Shown: piece by piece, positions 22,344 to 34,982 of the stretch | Layout: every line of letters begins with the position of its first letter | Position numbering within the stretch: position 1 is the first letter of the stretch | Source of the DNA: Lama glama | Lineage: Eukaryota | DNA: 64,000 bases | Assembly: GCA_028534125.1 (NCBI GenBank) | Contig: CM052816.1 | Coordinates: forward strand, 27,220,001-27,284,000 | Direction: 5' to 3' | Notes under the pieces: model-generated | The model's input: only the letters and a program-made list of their open reading frames with translations | Told to the model about the DNA's origin: nothing | Database searches by the model: none | Program-made: the position numbers and the translations under genes

Positions 22344-23581
22344 CTAGAGAGGTGCAATTAAAAATCATCTGAACACATGCAACAAGCTCAGCACATGCAC
22401 AAGTCTCAATAAACAGGAGGCATGCAGGAGACAGATTAGAGGACAGAAGCTTCAGACACACTTTAAGGAGCATGGGGAACTGCTGAGATCTTGGACTCCT
22501 GAGTGAGAGAACCCATTAAGTTACTTGGACAAGTTTCATTTGAGCAATTTAAGTTTGGACATAATTAATCCAAAGGGTCTGGTGTCTTTTCTAGCTGAAA
22601 CAAATAAACGCTAGTCTTTTATAACAATGACAACTCGAAGTGGAAATCAATGTGCAAGTAAAACTGGTGTTCAATTGTGTTCAATTAATTAGAGAGATAT
22701 TAAATAAAACTTGATTTTAGTTTTGATCACAAAAAGAATCTGGACAGTTCTTAGACCGCACTATGATGGGATTTTACCTTATAGAAAAATCATACATTAG
22801 GCAGGTGTGACTCTCTAGACTGTATGATGGATATTCTGGGTCCTTCCATGCCTCAGAGAATTTCACATTTAGCTGCTAGACCATTTTTTTGATGGCATGG
22901 CATGCACAGAACATGCAGGAAATACTGCCTAAAAAGATGCTCATATCTCTTATTCACTAGATTTAAATGCAGATTACCCTGCATGGTTTTGCAATAAATG
23001 CAATTATAAAATATAGTTCAGGGCCCGCTCTGTCATCCCCTGTGTGCAGACAAGCATCTCAGACCACTGAAGCTTCCTCAGAGCTTGTGTCATAAAATGT
23101 CAGTGTGGAGGTCCCTGTGGCATATTCCATCCAAAGGTCATTTCCAAATTGAGTAGTTAAGTCTTTAGAAACAGAGTTTCTATTTACGTGCTCTTTAATT
23201 GGGCTTGAGAATAAACTATCCAGCCACATGAGGAGAACAAACTCTTCCTGAGGTAGAATCGGTGCCAAAGAAGGGCCTGGTTTCACATCTACTGGTGGTC
23301 TCATCTTGTAGGCATACCTCCCAGTCCAAGACTCCTAATTCTCAAGGATCAAACTATTTAGGGAAATTAAGAAACCAGACTGTCATCTCCTGTGATTTGT
23401 TTAATCTTTCTCCCTTAGAGTATTTTCCAAAGGAAGAGCAAAATGTAAACTCTAACATGATACATCCTTTGGAATTCTTCTGGGGATTCCCCCAAGGTGG
23501 CCAAGGGCAACAATCTGCGGTGTTAGGAACAATACAATTAATTCACATGAATAAAAGGAATGGTCTTCAAATAGCACTCAC

Positions 23582-24653
23582 CGCCTTGTTCTTCCCTTTG
23601 CTAGCAGAGCTCCCGGGATGTCCCTTGCTGTCTGTCGTCTTCCTCCCAAGGGAGGTTAAGGGCAGTGTGGAGGTCTTCAGCTGGCTGGCTGCCTGATAAT
23701 TATTATTATTGTTCTGGTTGCCACTTAGTGTCTCCATGATGGATCGGAAGGTTCCAAAAGGCCTTTTCAGTTGATCCCCTGAGTCACTACTCGTGGAGGT
23801 TCGCTGGAGGGTCCTGCCCTTGTCTCTGTCCTTTTCTCCATTCAGTTCAAGGCTGGTTTGCTCCATCTGCACCACAGGCTCCTCAAAGGTAACTCTGAGT
23901 TTTGAGTTCTGAGATGTCCGGCGCTTGGAAGACGGGGACTTGAGGGCACTCTTGGGACTCGTGGCCACTTTCTGGGCAGCTGTGCTGTCAGGGCTGGGCT
24001 GAGTGGGTTCTCCAGAGGGCTGGTTTTGGGGAGTGGTCCCTAAGGCTGGACACTGTGATTCCAAGTCTGGTTCGCTGCTCTCTGAGGTGGGGGATGGGCT
24101 GTGGCCATCCAGCGATTTGTTGGCCTTGATGCTAAAAGGAAACCTGCGTCCTGATGCCACAGAGGTGTGTTTCTTTATCATCAAGTGCAAGCTTTCCGCG
24201 CTGTCTATGCTCTCCACACTCTCCACGATGGGCTGCGGTCTGGGCCTGTCAGCCTTCCTCACAGGCGTGCTCTTGGGCTCCTCAGAGTGGTTGGAGTCCG
24301 TGTCCGACTCGCTCAGTGACCGCTGCATCAGCTGCCTCAGCCTGGCTAACTTCAGTTCCCTCTTCTCCAAAGGGATCTTTTTTGAATTTCGAGAAGCAGC
24401 CTGAGCATCCTGGAATTCCAAGGACAGCTTTTCCTGGGTGCAGACATTCTCTGAAATGTCTTTTCCTAATAACTGGCGTAGGATTTTGTCAGAATCTTCA
24501 TCTTTGGCTTTGGCCCTAGCCCGGCTGGATGCTGACAGGCTTCCAAGAACCTGAATCCCTTCTTGGACTCCTGGTTTGCTTTTGGCTACAGACTCATCAT
24601 CTGCATCTGGGGATTTCCACTGGGACTTCCTGGAAGCTGGGGAGGATGGTGAA
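23582..24653 (-). CDS. SNCAIP: SNCAIP large C-terminal exon (1072 nt): SPSSPASRKSQWKSP...KLRVTFEEP...KGKNKA
   Basis: Lies within ORF 23567..24715. Acceptor cctctttcag|TTCACC, donor AAGGCG|gtgagt. Confidence 0.96.
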
Positions 24654-25210
24654 CTGAAAGAGGATGAAGGACATACAAGATGATTTTGTACTGGGTTAAA
24701 ATGACTTGGCCGCAAATCGCTGCATGGCCTTAACTGCCACTAACAACTTAAAATCAGTAAGACTGAAATAAGAATAATTAATGTCTGTTTAAAGCAAATA
24801 CTCCATGGTGGCAATCATAACCAAAGGATAGTATGCCTCATACCTTATGCTGTGACTACTAAATTTATCTACTGTTTTATTGTTTATGCATAAATTTTGC
24901 ATAAGTTTTCTCAATGAATGCCTTCTTCAACAACCTTCGGAAGCTACGTATCCTTACTTCCATTTCAGAGATGAAGAAATAAATGACTTGGAAAGAGTAA
25001 GTGAGTTCTTTATAGTCATGGAAAGAAGAAATGACAGAGCCAGAGATAAACTCAAGTCTTCTGACCCTAGATGACCCTCTTTCCCCTGTGATATCTCATT
25101 TTTATTAGTCTTTATCTTATCTTCTTCAAAGATACTAAAAGAAAGTCCAAAAGAAGGCTCAGAGATTAAAGATATTTAAGAATTCTAACTTCCAGTGTTT
25201 CTGGTATTAC

Positions 25211-25303
25211 CTGGGTGAAGAAAGGAGTGACTTGCCCTCTGATTTCTGGGCTTCTAGAAGTTGTTGGAGCTGGTTCTGCAGTGTGACACGTTCCACTGTC
25301 TGT
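25211..25303 (-). CDS. SNCAIP: SNCAIP coiled-coil exon (93 nt): QTVERVTLQNQLQQLLEAQKSEGKSLLSSP(S)
   Basis: Manual translation. Acceptor tttttcccag|ACAGAC, donor CCCAG|gtaata. Phase 2/2. Confidence 0.95.
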
Positions 25304-26207
25304 CTGGGAAAAACAAACCAAACCACATAAGCTCTCTGACACAGGCTACTACCATAAATAAGGAGGTATACATTTTTTCATGATAATTTGTAGTAAGTTG
25401 CAGTAAATCCAAAAGCCTTACAAATGTGCATAATCTTCATCCTTATACTAGAAATTTTCCTAAGGATACAATCAAAAGTACCTGAAAAGATGTTTATTAT
25501 GTATATTAGTAAAAAACTATATGTAACATATATGCTCATTAATAAGACTGAGTAAATAATTTATAATTATATGAAGGCAGCTATTAAGAATGATAATATA
25601 TTTGAATATCTAGAAAAAGTTTCCCTAATATCTGTACATAGATATAGGAAAAGTTTCTCGAATATCTGTACATATATATAAAGTATATAGTATGGAGTGT
25701 ATTTATCTATATATTCATACACATACACACACAGTGTATTTTTCCTTTCCTTAAGCAAAAAAAGGAAGTTAACAAAATACTGTGTGCAATATGATCTCAT
25801 TATCCCATTTTTAAGAAGAATCTTTCTGAGAGAGAGAGATCAGGAAGGATATACTCCAAAATGTTACTCTTTCTAAATTGTTTGACTTATTAAAGTAATT
25901 GTATTAATTTAGCCATCAGGAAAAAAAATAGAACAAAGCAAGCAAACCACTTCCAAGTTGGGTAAAAACAATTCAATAACTTGGTATTTTCTTACATAAA
26001 AAGAAAACAGGTATGTCGACACTCGATTTATTCTGGACATAGAAGCTTGTGTATCAGATATGCTTTAAAGTTAAGAAAATAGGTGAACAGTCACAGATAA
26101 AGAAATTGAAATCTGTTTAGAAAACACATTAATTATGATAGAACTTGAAAAAAGTAAATTATACTGATTCTGATCTTAGAAGAACAAGCAGTATTTACTG
26201 AACACAG

Positions 26208-26788
26208 TGGTACTACTGTGATACCTCCACTTCCCCCACCAAAGATGTCCATCACATCCCTAATCCTGGAAGGTGTAAATACGTTACCTTACACGGCAAA
26301 AGGGGAACTAAGGGTGCACATGGAGTTAAGGTTACATTGGATTATTGGGGTGGATCCAGTCTCACCACATGAATTATTAACAGTAAAGAGAATGCAGAAA
26401 AGGAGATCACAGAGACTCAAAGTGTGAGAAGGACTCAGTCTCCTGTTGCAGACTCTGAACATGCAGGCAGGGGGTGTGAGCCAAGGAATGCAGAGGTCTC
26501 TAGGACCTGGCAATGACCCTCAGCTGACAGCCAGCAAGAAAACAGAGACCTCAGTCCTACACCTGCGAGAAACTGATTCTGTGCACAACCCAAATGAGGA
26601 GGAAATAAGACTTTCATCCTAGAGCCTCCAGAAAGGAATGCAGACTGTGGATATCCCGATTTTCGTCTAGAGAGACCCATTCTGGCCTTCTGATCTTCAG
26701 AATTGCAAGGTAAATGAGTGTTGTTTTAAGCCACTAAGTGTGTGGTTACAGGAGTAGAAATTTTTTATAGGAGTAGAAAATGAATACA
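26208..26788 (+). mobile_element. MaLR LTR (MLT1D-like)
   Basis: ccaaagatgtcc..atccctaatcctggaa...atacgttaccttacacggcaaaagggg...gagcctccagaaaggaatgcag...gtagaaaatgaataca. Confidence 0.85.
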
Positions 26789-27125
26789 TTTAGCATCAAA
26801 ACTGGTAGCAACTCTCGTGAGCAAGGACAGGGGACTAAATAAGTGCGATATAAGTGCTCTTAAAAGGACTGCTGAAATCTTAGACACTGGTCAGTCTTCT
26901 CCTTGCCAAATGTCACTGCACATACAGAATAGCTGTTGGCTGCCTAAATATAATTCTGGGAGATCAGATTGGGATAATACCCTTCCATCAGTCCCAAGCA
27001 CTCTCTTTTTCTCAGAAGTGGTCAGTCTTAGTCCTGACATTTCATCCCTAAGACCACAGAAGTCTGTGATCTCATTTTATCTCACTCATCCGTAACTCAC
27101 CTACTGAAAACTGAATTATCTAAAG

Positions 27126-27350
27126 CAGGAGCCAGCAAACTTTTCCCTAAAAGGGTCAGATAGTAAATAATATTTCAGGTGTGTGCACCACGTGTTCTGT
27201 GTCAGAATTACTCAACTCTGTGTTGGTAGCATGAAATCAACCCCAAATAATGTGTCAATGAAGGTGTATGGCTCTGTTTCAATAAAACTTTATTTACAAA
27301 AACAGGTGGTGGGCTGGATTTGGCCCATAGTCTATAGTTTGCTGATCCTA
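27126..27350. mobile_element. MER58A-like hAT MITE
   Basis: caggagccagcaaactttt...aataaaactttatttacaaaaacaggtggtgggctggatttggccc...gtttgctgatcct, with terminal inverted repeats. Confidence 0.85.
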
Positions 27351-27716
27351 GTCTAAAGAATGAATAAAGAACAAAAAGGCCTAAGAGCATTCTACTTCTC
27401 CCACCTTGCAATCTGGTATTGCATGTCAAGTTTTTTAGAAAAACCTTTTGTGAGGGGCTAAAATAGATGAAGGAAGATTATGGTCTCTCTCCTTTTAAAG
27501 GGCTTTTAGGGGTCAAAGTGAATTATGACACAGTAAAGAAAACTATCTGGGGCCAGCTAGGTTGACTAATGACAGGAATCTCAGGTATGAATGGAGAAAA
27601 AAAGGAGTCTCTTCTCTAGATTCTAAGGAAGCCCTCAGAAAGGACTAATCAACTTTAATTTTAATACACGCACATGTGAAATATGACTATATGAAAATAT
27701 GTGAGCATATGCCTGG

Positions 27717-28179
27717 TGTATTAGCCCGCTAGGGCTGCTGTAACAAAGTACCAGGAACTGCCTTGCTTAAACAACAGAAGTTTATTTTCTCACAGTTCTG
27801 GAGGCTAGAAGTCTGAGACCAAAGTGTTGGCAAGATTGGTTCCTGTTGAGGGCTGTGAGGAAGAGTATGTCTCAGGCCTCTCTCCTAGTTTTTGGTGGTT
27901 GGCTGGCAATATCTGGCATGCTTTGGCTTGTAGATGAATCACCTTGATCTTTGCCTTCATGCTCACACAGTGTTCTCTCTGTGTATGTCTGTCTCTGTGT
28001 CCAAATTTTCTCCTTTCACAAGGACACCAGTCATACTGGACTAGGCCCAACCCTAATCACCTCATTTTAACTTGCTTACTTTTGTAAAGACCCTATTTCC
28101 AAAGACGCTCACATTCTCAGGTACTAGGGGTTAGGACTCCGACATACCACTTTGTGGGGCCACAATTCAACCCACAGCA
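27717..28179 (-). mobile_element. MaLR LTR (MLT1B/C-like)
   Basis: tgtattag...agggctgctgtaacaaagtacca...cacagttctggaggctagaagtctgag...cacaattcaacccacagca. Confidence 0.85.
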
Positions 28180-29489
28180 CCTACGCTTATAGATTAGAAT
28201 CTCTAAGAGAGCAGAAGGTTGACATTTCTAAATAATAGCTATGTTTATTAACTATAAAGAGTTGGTAAAAGTATTTTCGGAGGAAAAGGCACTCAAGACT
28301 ATGTCCCACTCCCAGTTTTGAGAACAGACTCCCCTGGGGCAAGTGTTTCCAATCCTTACTCCTGCACCTTTCTATGTTATTGGAGCCTGAAGGGTACAGC
28401 ATACTAGGGCAAGACTAAGTGAGTTCCTCTGTTTATTTCTGGTTTCACCAACCTCACTGAGACACACACAGTTAGTGAAAAACTAGGGTCTATAACATAA
28501 CCTCTCCTATATTATCTTGTCTTTGGCCTAATTACAACTGTCCGCAGCATTCAGTTTGGAGACGGGGGAAGAACTGCTGTCTATTAGCGTACATGTGTAT
28601 TTTATCCCCGGATCATCAACAGAGAGAGCAGCGAAGCCCCTGACCTTGAAGAGGTCTACTAATAAAATGGCTATTACAGCTCAGGAGAGCCTCTCGGACT
28701 CCGTGGTAAGAGATCGAGGAGAAGGTTCTGTGATCTTTTCTCTGAGTACAAACCTTTAGAGAAAGCATTCACTGGATCATTTTTAAATTCCTCTTGAAGG
28801 ATATGTCCACACACTACTGGGGGGAGTGTCCACTGGTGCAACATTTCTGGAAGGACAGAAGGTAACATCTATCCACATTTTAAATATGTATGCCCTTTGC
28901 TTTGGCAACTCCCTACCTAGGAGCTTATTTTTAGAAATACCTATACATGTACATGAGTACAAGCATGCTGCTGTGGCAAGATGACTTACTGAGTTATGAG
29001 CTCATGTACATGTCCCCTTCTGTTACATCCAGACCTTCAAGTGCACTCAGCTCACCTGCCTCAGGGGAGTCTTGTGTAAGTGCGCAGAGGATGCTCTGAG
29101 GGAAAGGAAGCCCTTTAATTTTTAAGTTTAAATTTTATTTTATTTTTTCTGGTAAAAGCCTAAACTCACCAAAGAGAGAATTCTAGGTACAGGCAGGTGG
29201 AAGGGCAGAGGAGTGAAGAGACTTTTACCTCTAAGGAAAGAGAGTAGTAGTAGAGGGAGAAACATTTCCCCAAGCTTAGAGACGAGCAGGAGGGTTTAAG
29301 GACGTATATGGTTGCATCAATTACACTTCCAGTCAGTTAAAGCCTCCCACCTACCATGGGTCTTTTTTCACAAGGAAAAAAAGGAAAACAATTGTTTTAA
29401 ATAATTTTAAAGTAAGACTTCATGGGGTTTTTTTCTCCCTAAAATTTGGGAACACTTCCCCAACCCCTCTCTCCGGGAAAAGGTAATTA

Positions 29490-29595
29490 GGTTTGTTTGT
29501 TTGCTTGGTTGTATCTTTAATGAGGTACTGGGGATTGAACCCAGGACCTCATGCATGCTAAGCATGCACTCTACCACTGAGCTATACTCACCTCC
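29490..29595 (-). mobile_element. Camelid tRNA-derived SINE (Vic-1-like)
   Basis: tatagctcagtggtagagtgcatgcttagcatgcatgaggtcctgggttcaatccccagtacctc on the minus strand. Confidence 0.85.
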
Positions 29596-30517
29596 TTTTT
29601 CCCTAAAATTTGATTTTTAAGGTTTGTCCTCCTAATCTGTCAACATTACTTTGAGCACTATTTTCGATTTTCAGTGATTCCCTTCCCAGCATGGCAACTG
29701 TCACTTGACCGATGTGTTTTCCAAGGACTGACCTTGGTCCCCTCAGATGAGCAGCAGCTCCTTAATCCTTCAACCTGCCAAAGACCCACCTGATGGCCTC
29801 TCCTCCAGCCCTCCTTTATTCAAGCATATCATGGCCACCTCCCAGAAGTGCTTCTCTGACATCTGGGTATGCAATGTGTCCCAGCTTAATAATCCCATCA
29901 AAAAAGAACTGATTTTAGTTGGCTGAGCAGTATTTCAAGTTAACATCATGCTGAATTTACATACTAAGGATTTTACATTCTGAGCATCCATGAATCATCT
30001 GCTTAAATTTTACAATAAATTTGCCAGTGATGCTTACCAGGTTACCCATCTGTTATTTCCCAAATATATATATATTTCTCTTAGAGAAGATTGAGTAACT
30101 GGCCCATCTCTAGCCTTTTTCTGTCTCTCTCACGGTCTTTATGATTTGCTAGACTAGTAAGGACAGTAGTTTGGAATGATGCCTGTGTGTGCTTTCCACA
30201 CCCACCGTGTAATCTGGCCCTGAGATGTGAACACAGAGAGAGGCTCTCTCCCCTTGTCCACTGTGACTTAAACTCCTGCTTAGGAAGATTCGTCTGCATT
30301 TTTTTTTTATTAAGGATCATTTTTCCTCTGCAGAAATGGCATCTTCAGCATGAATGCTGGCTATGAGGACTTGGGACGAAGGAAGAAATGAGGATGCTGC
30401 TGGGAATTCCCTGTACGACTCACACCAGCAGAAGGAGACTTGCAAAGACCTGGCTGAAACCTAAGCACTGCGACGACCAGTCAGAATTGCTTCTCATGGA
30501 ACGAACGGGCCACTCAC

Positions 30518-30687
30518 TCTTTCAGCTGTTTGGTTAGCTTCACCACCTGGGAGGCCAGCGACATGCAGGTCTCCACCACCACCAGGTACCGGGAGCACAG
30601 CGTGTGTCCGAGGCGCTCGGCGCTCTGGGAGGGTTTCTCCCCGGCGTGGTTCTGCATGGTGACATTTGCTCCGTATTCAACCAAGGT
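30518..30687 (-). CDS. SNCAIP: SNCAIP exon (170 nt): TLVEYGANVTMQNHAGEKPSQSAERLGHTLCSRYLVVVETCMSLASQVVKLTKQLK(E)
   Basis: Manual translation. Acceptor ctctgacag|ACCTTG, donor AAAGA|gtgagt. Phase 0 in, phase 2 out. Confidence 0.95.
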
Positions 30688-30753
30688 CTGTCAGAGAATG
30701 CACAGACATGTGATTATTTCAGGACTTCCCTCTAAATATTATTTATTTTTAAT

Positions 30754-31141
30754 TTTTTTTTTTACTGAAGTACAGTTGATTCACAATATTGCTAGTTTCA
30801 GGTGTATAGCAAAGGAATTAAGTCATATATATACGTTTTTCAGATTCTTTTCCATCATAGGTTATTACAGGACACTGAATATAGTTCCCTGTGCTATACT
30901 GTAGGACCTTGTTGTTTATCTGTTTTATATATAGTAGTGTGTACCTGCTCCCCACCCCACCCTTGGTAACCATAAGTTTGTTTTCTACCTCTGTGAGTCT
31001 GTGAGTCTGTTTCTGTTTTGTATATAGATTCATTTGTATCATATTTTAGATCCCACATATAAGTGGTATCATATGATATTTGTCTTTCTCTGTCTGACTC
31101 ACTTCCCTTAGTATGATAATCTCTAGGTCCATCCATACACA
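30754..31141 (-). mobile_element. L1 3' end, sense to SNCAIP
   Basis: Reverse complement of the L1 3' UTR with poly-T. TSD TTATTTTTAAT at 30743-30753 and 31142-31152. Confidence 0.9.
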
Positions 31142-31155
31142 TTATTTTTAATGAT

Positions 31156-32369
31156 TGTAACAGAAGGTTGGACGGAACTTTTCCTGTTATTCCAAAACCA
31201 GTTACCAGAGCCCAGGGTGGGGCCAGGTAGGGGTGAGGAGTACCATCACATACAAAAGAGAGGCTCTGGCAAGGGCTCAAGCAGTCAGTATCAGACGCAC
31301 CCCCTCACACCACCTACAACAATGCAGCCGACAATCCCACTACTATCGCCCCCACCCCAGCCCCAGGAGGAGGCAGGGAAGGGCAGGAGGTGGCTGCCGT
31401 CCCAAGTCCTTGTCTTTCCGAGGTGCGCAGGGTAGTGTCTGCAGTGAGGCGCTCTGGGCGCTTCAGTGGGTGGGTCCATGATGCCCACCGGGAAAAGAAG
31501 GCGTTTTGTTTACCTGCTCCTATTTACTTGGGCAGCACGCTTGATCTGTTCCTGAACCTACCTGATCAGGAATAAAAAGGACGGGAGAGAACTGACGTGG
31601 CAGAGGCTGTGGGGCAGCCCACACTCCCACCACGAGCCACAGCAAGGATATGTCCTGTAGGCAGAGCAGATGTTGTAGAAGGGAGCTGGATGTGAGCTTG
31701 TTATCACCCCACTAAAAAGGAGCACGTTCGTCAGCAGCAGGAGGCGGCGGGTGCAACACAGCTGGAGGGAACTGGACGGGGAGGACGGAGTGGGGCGTAA
31801 GGTTGGGGCCAGATCCCTGGTGTCCGGTATCAGCGGGGAGGCTCTAGAGGACCCTCTGAAGACCCCACCCACTGCGCCCACCGGGGAGTCAGCATCTGAA
31901 GACTGCCCCAGAGGGTTTCAGCAGTAAAACATAGTCAGCTAAAGAAGCAAGACAACTTTCAGGGAGATGCCATGACCTCTGCCAGTTAAGCAGAGACAGC
32001 TGACTTTTTCTCTCCATATTTTCTCTTTGTCCCCGACACTGGAGCCCAGAAGAGAGGGGAATCAGAGTCGAGGGGGTGTGTAAAAGCCCATCAGCCCTCA
32101 GTTCCATGCCAAGTCCCTTAACTCCGAGTCTAATCTGGGCTGGGGGGCAGAAGGCTTTGAACCAGAAATAAGATTGAGATTTTAAACTGGTTTGAAGTAA
32201 ATGTTAATAGTCAAACACCAGCAACAAGTTATGGAATGTGGCCAAGGGATCGTTAGTAGAGGGGACAGAGATTTGACGGAGCCTGGTTGCCATCGTTAAT
32301 TTAAAAAAAAACCAAATGCCTTTGTTTTTATGCTGTGATGAAATCAATTCCACAAAAAAAGCTGTTACA
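31156..32369 (+). mobile_element. Probable ancient LTR of about 1.2 kb (MamGypLTR-like)
   Basis: Perfect 8-bp inverted termini TGTAACAG and CTGTTACA. GC-rich body. gggctggggg..gaaggctttgaac..agattgag.ttttaaactgg resembles recalled MamGypLTR. No TSD seen. Confidence 0.55.
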
Positions 32370-34856
32370 TCAATATTAATTAACTGCCACAATCTGATAT
32401 ATTTTTGACACAATCAAGGTGAGATGGGAGACTGCTGGATTTATTTTAGTAATGGAAAATGTTTTTTTCCCACAAGACATAATTGTAATTTTTAAATTTC
32501 TAGACTACTTAGACTCAGAGGTCATTAAGGAGCTTCGTTTTCCTCTCAGTTTATGATCACTCACCATGAAAGGTCAATCTGCCATAAAGCCACCGCCACG
32601 CACCTCACAGTGTCACAGGGACACCGCGCTCAGAGAGACTCAGAGTAAACACACACTGTTATCACTCCCCTGGACTCTGGCCTCTGCAGTTTTCTTTCCC
32701 ATGTTTTCCATACTCAGTCCCCTCCTCACCAAGTAAAGGCCCTTGCTCACCCCCTTTTCTACTTTCAGTCCCTTTGTACCTATTTTTTCACTTCTCACAC
32801 TGAGCGGAGAGACCTGCTTCCAAGATTATTTGAGTTTCCGTACCCACGGTATCTAGTGCCAAAAACATCATCTGTGTTAAGTGGAGGGATGAACACTCTG
32901 AAAGGACAGCCTGCCTCTCTGCATATATTAAAAAGAAAAATAGCTGAAATCTCAAACAGAACTAGTGCCATCAGCTGGTTTTCTTTGGCTTGCAGTCATT
33001 TATTAGCCGATAAGAAAAGTTTACTTCAAGTCTATTAAGTATGAGTGTTTCATTAATGGAAAAATGCAGTTTTTGGTTTCTGTTCAATTATTTTTCCTGC
33101 ACAAAAAGTGAGGCTACTCCTTTCATCTTTCTGCAGATTCTGATAATAATTTACATTTCCCACCTTTCTGTTCTCTCCAATTTCTCATCACTCTTTTGAT
33201 GACATGGTATCTTAAATTAGAAGATGCACGCTTTGCCAACGACCATGGGGAAACTTCCCAGACACTTGGAGTATTTCCTAACGACGTGGCTCTCCACGGA
33301 GCAGCTGCATGTGAGGAGACAGTCCAGAGAGTATTCTGCTGTCCCCTCGGCTTTCTGGTTTTCTAAATCTCTTGCCTTTCACATCGACAGTTTTCCCAGG
33401 TCTTCTCCTGTCATTTCCTGAGTCCTTGCTACCTTTCTGAGCAGCTGGCTCTCACTCCAGTATTCTCTTTCCGGTACAGTCTACCCTGCACACAGTAGGA
33501 CCTCAGTAAGTACCTGTTAAATAAACAAGCACGTTGAGGAAGGAGAAACAATACCTAATAAGGTGGGGAAAGAGCGCGGCTTTCTTAGAGAGTCGCAAGA
33601 GACACGTGACGTGCTTTGAACTGTGTGAACCTGGTGAGGTCAGTGTCTTCTCCTATCACAGCCTTCAGCCACATGTGTCCATTGCTTTTCTGCTACATCT
33701 CAGGCAGGTTTGGAAACAAATCCATAGCTGCTGGGTCGTTTTCAATGATAAGAATGGTGTGGCTGACCGGATCCTGCTCATTAGGGTTTGTGTTCGTGAG
33801 TTGATTTCAGGCCAGCTCTAATCTGTCTCCAGTTCAGAGCTTTCCCTCCCCTATGCTCACGTTCCCTCCTTCCCTTCAGCTGTCCTCTCTGTTTTCTCAT
33901 CCGGGGCCTTAATATTTTCCAGGTAAAAAGGCATCCCCAGGTTTTACATTCACGTGTGCCTCAGGCTTCAGGACCCTCGCTGGGCTCCCCCACCGTGTGC
34001 TGTCAGGGTCCACTTTTTGCAGCTCTGCCTTCAGCTGTGGGGTGAGACCCGACTCCTCTTCTTGCAGGCGCCCCATGCTCTCCAAGCAGCCCCCTGGATG
34101 CCCCTCAGGTGGCCTGGGAAAGGGGAAGCGCCTCCCACCTCTTGTGGCCCCGCTCCCCACCCTCTTTATGTCACTGAACTTGGTAATACTTGTAAGGTGT
34201 GTCGGGCTAGAAGGATGAGGCCTCCTGAGGTCACTGGGTGGCCAGCCAAGGCCCTACCGAGCCTGCCCATGAGCTGAGGGTATGGATATCCAAGGCCTCC
34301 TGTAATCAGTTCTGGGCCTTTTCGAATGCATTCGAGAAGCTCAGTCCTGCTACAAAGAAAGTGAGAAAACCACAGCACTTGCTCCTCAGCCTACTCCTCC
34401 CTCCTGTGAAGAGTTCTTTTATCCTTTTTGTGAAAAATCAGTCCTGTTCTTCAGACCCCTGGGAAGGCGAAGTGTGCTAATGACAGCAGGAATGGCCCAT
34501 GCCCCACGTGAGGGGCTGAGCGATGCAGGTCTGGTAGTGGGTTCCCGCTGTCTCGAGAACACAGGGGTGATTAACGCCTGCTGTCCTCAGTGCTGAGGCT
34601 TTAAGGTAACGCTGAGAGGGCAGGAAGAGGCCCTTTCAATGTCCTGTGACACCAGGGAGAAACTCAGATAGCTATTTATGCTCATGTTTGTGTGGATTTC
34701 TGGAAATACAAATACATCAATTTGATTCCCGATTATCCACTGCCATAGAGAAAGCTGACGTAATCCAGACGTTCTCCCAGTGAACACTATTTCCATTTTT
34801 CTGCTCTGCTACTCGATACCCTCACTTCTCTTGTCAGAGCAGCAGGGCCTGTGTAC

Positions 34857-34982
34857 CTGAATGCACCCGAGGTAGCCGTGCTGCGAGGCCACGTGAACGG
34901 CGCTGTTGCCGGCCTGGTCCACTTCATCCAGCGAGATGCCCTGCTCCTGCATAAACTGAAGGAGCCACAGAAGAATCTTTTC
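34857..34982 (-). CDS. SNCAIP: SNCAIP ankyrin-repeat exon (126 nt): EKILLWLLQFMQEQGISLDEVDQAGNSAVHVASQHGYLGCIQ
   Basis: Manual translation. Acceptor gtccatag|GAAAAG, donor ATTCAG|gtacac. Confidence 0.95.

Noticed and set aside
24003..24519. Plus-strand ORFs of 133 and 121 aa
   Set aside because: Antisense shadows of the SNCAIP exon with no independent support.
23567..24715. 382-aa ORF as a standalone gene
   Set aside because: It is one SNCAIP exon (23582-24653) plus intronic overhangs.
29436..29612. 13-bp repeat TCCCTAAAATTTG around a SINE as its TSD
   Set aside because: The left copy is about 40 bp from the SINE tail and the geometry does not fit a standard TSD. It may be chance or a small templated duplication.
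33850..34280. GC-rich intronic patch with overlapping ORFs as a possible alternative SNCAIP exon
   Set aside because: No recognisable protein. The candidate donor AAC|gtgagc does not give an open frame in phase with the next exon.
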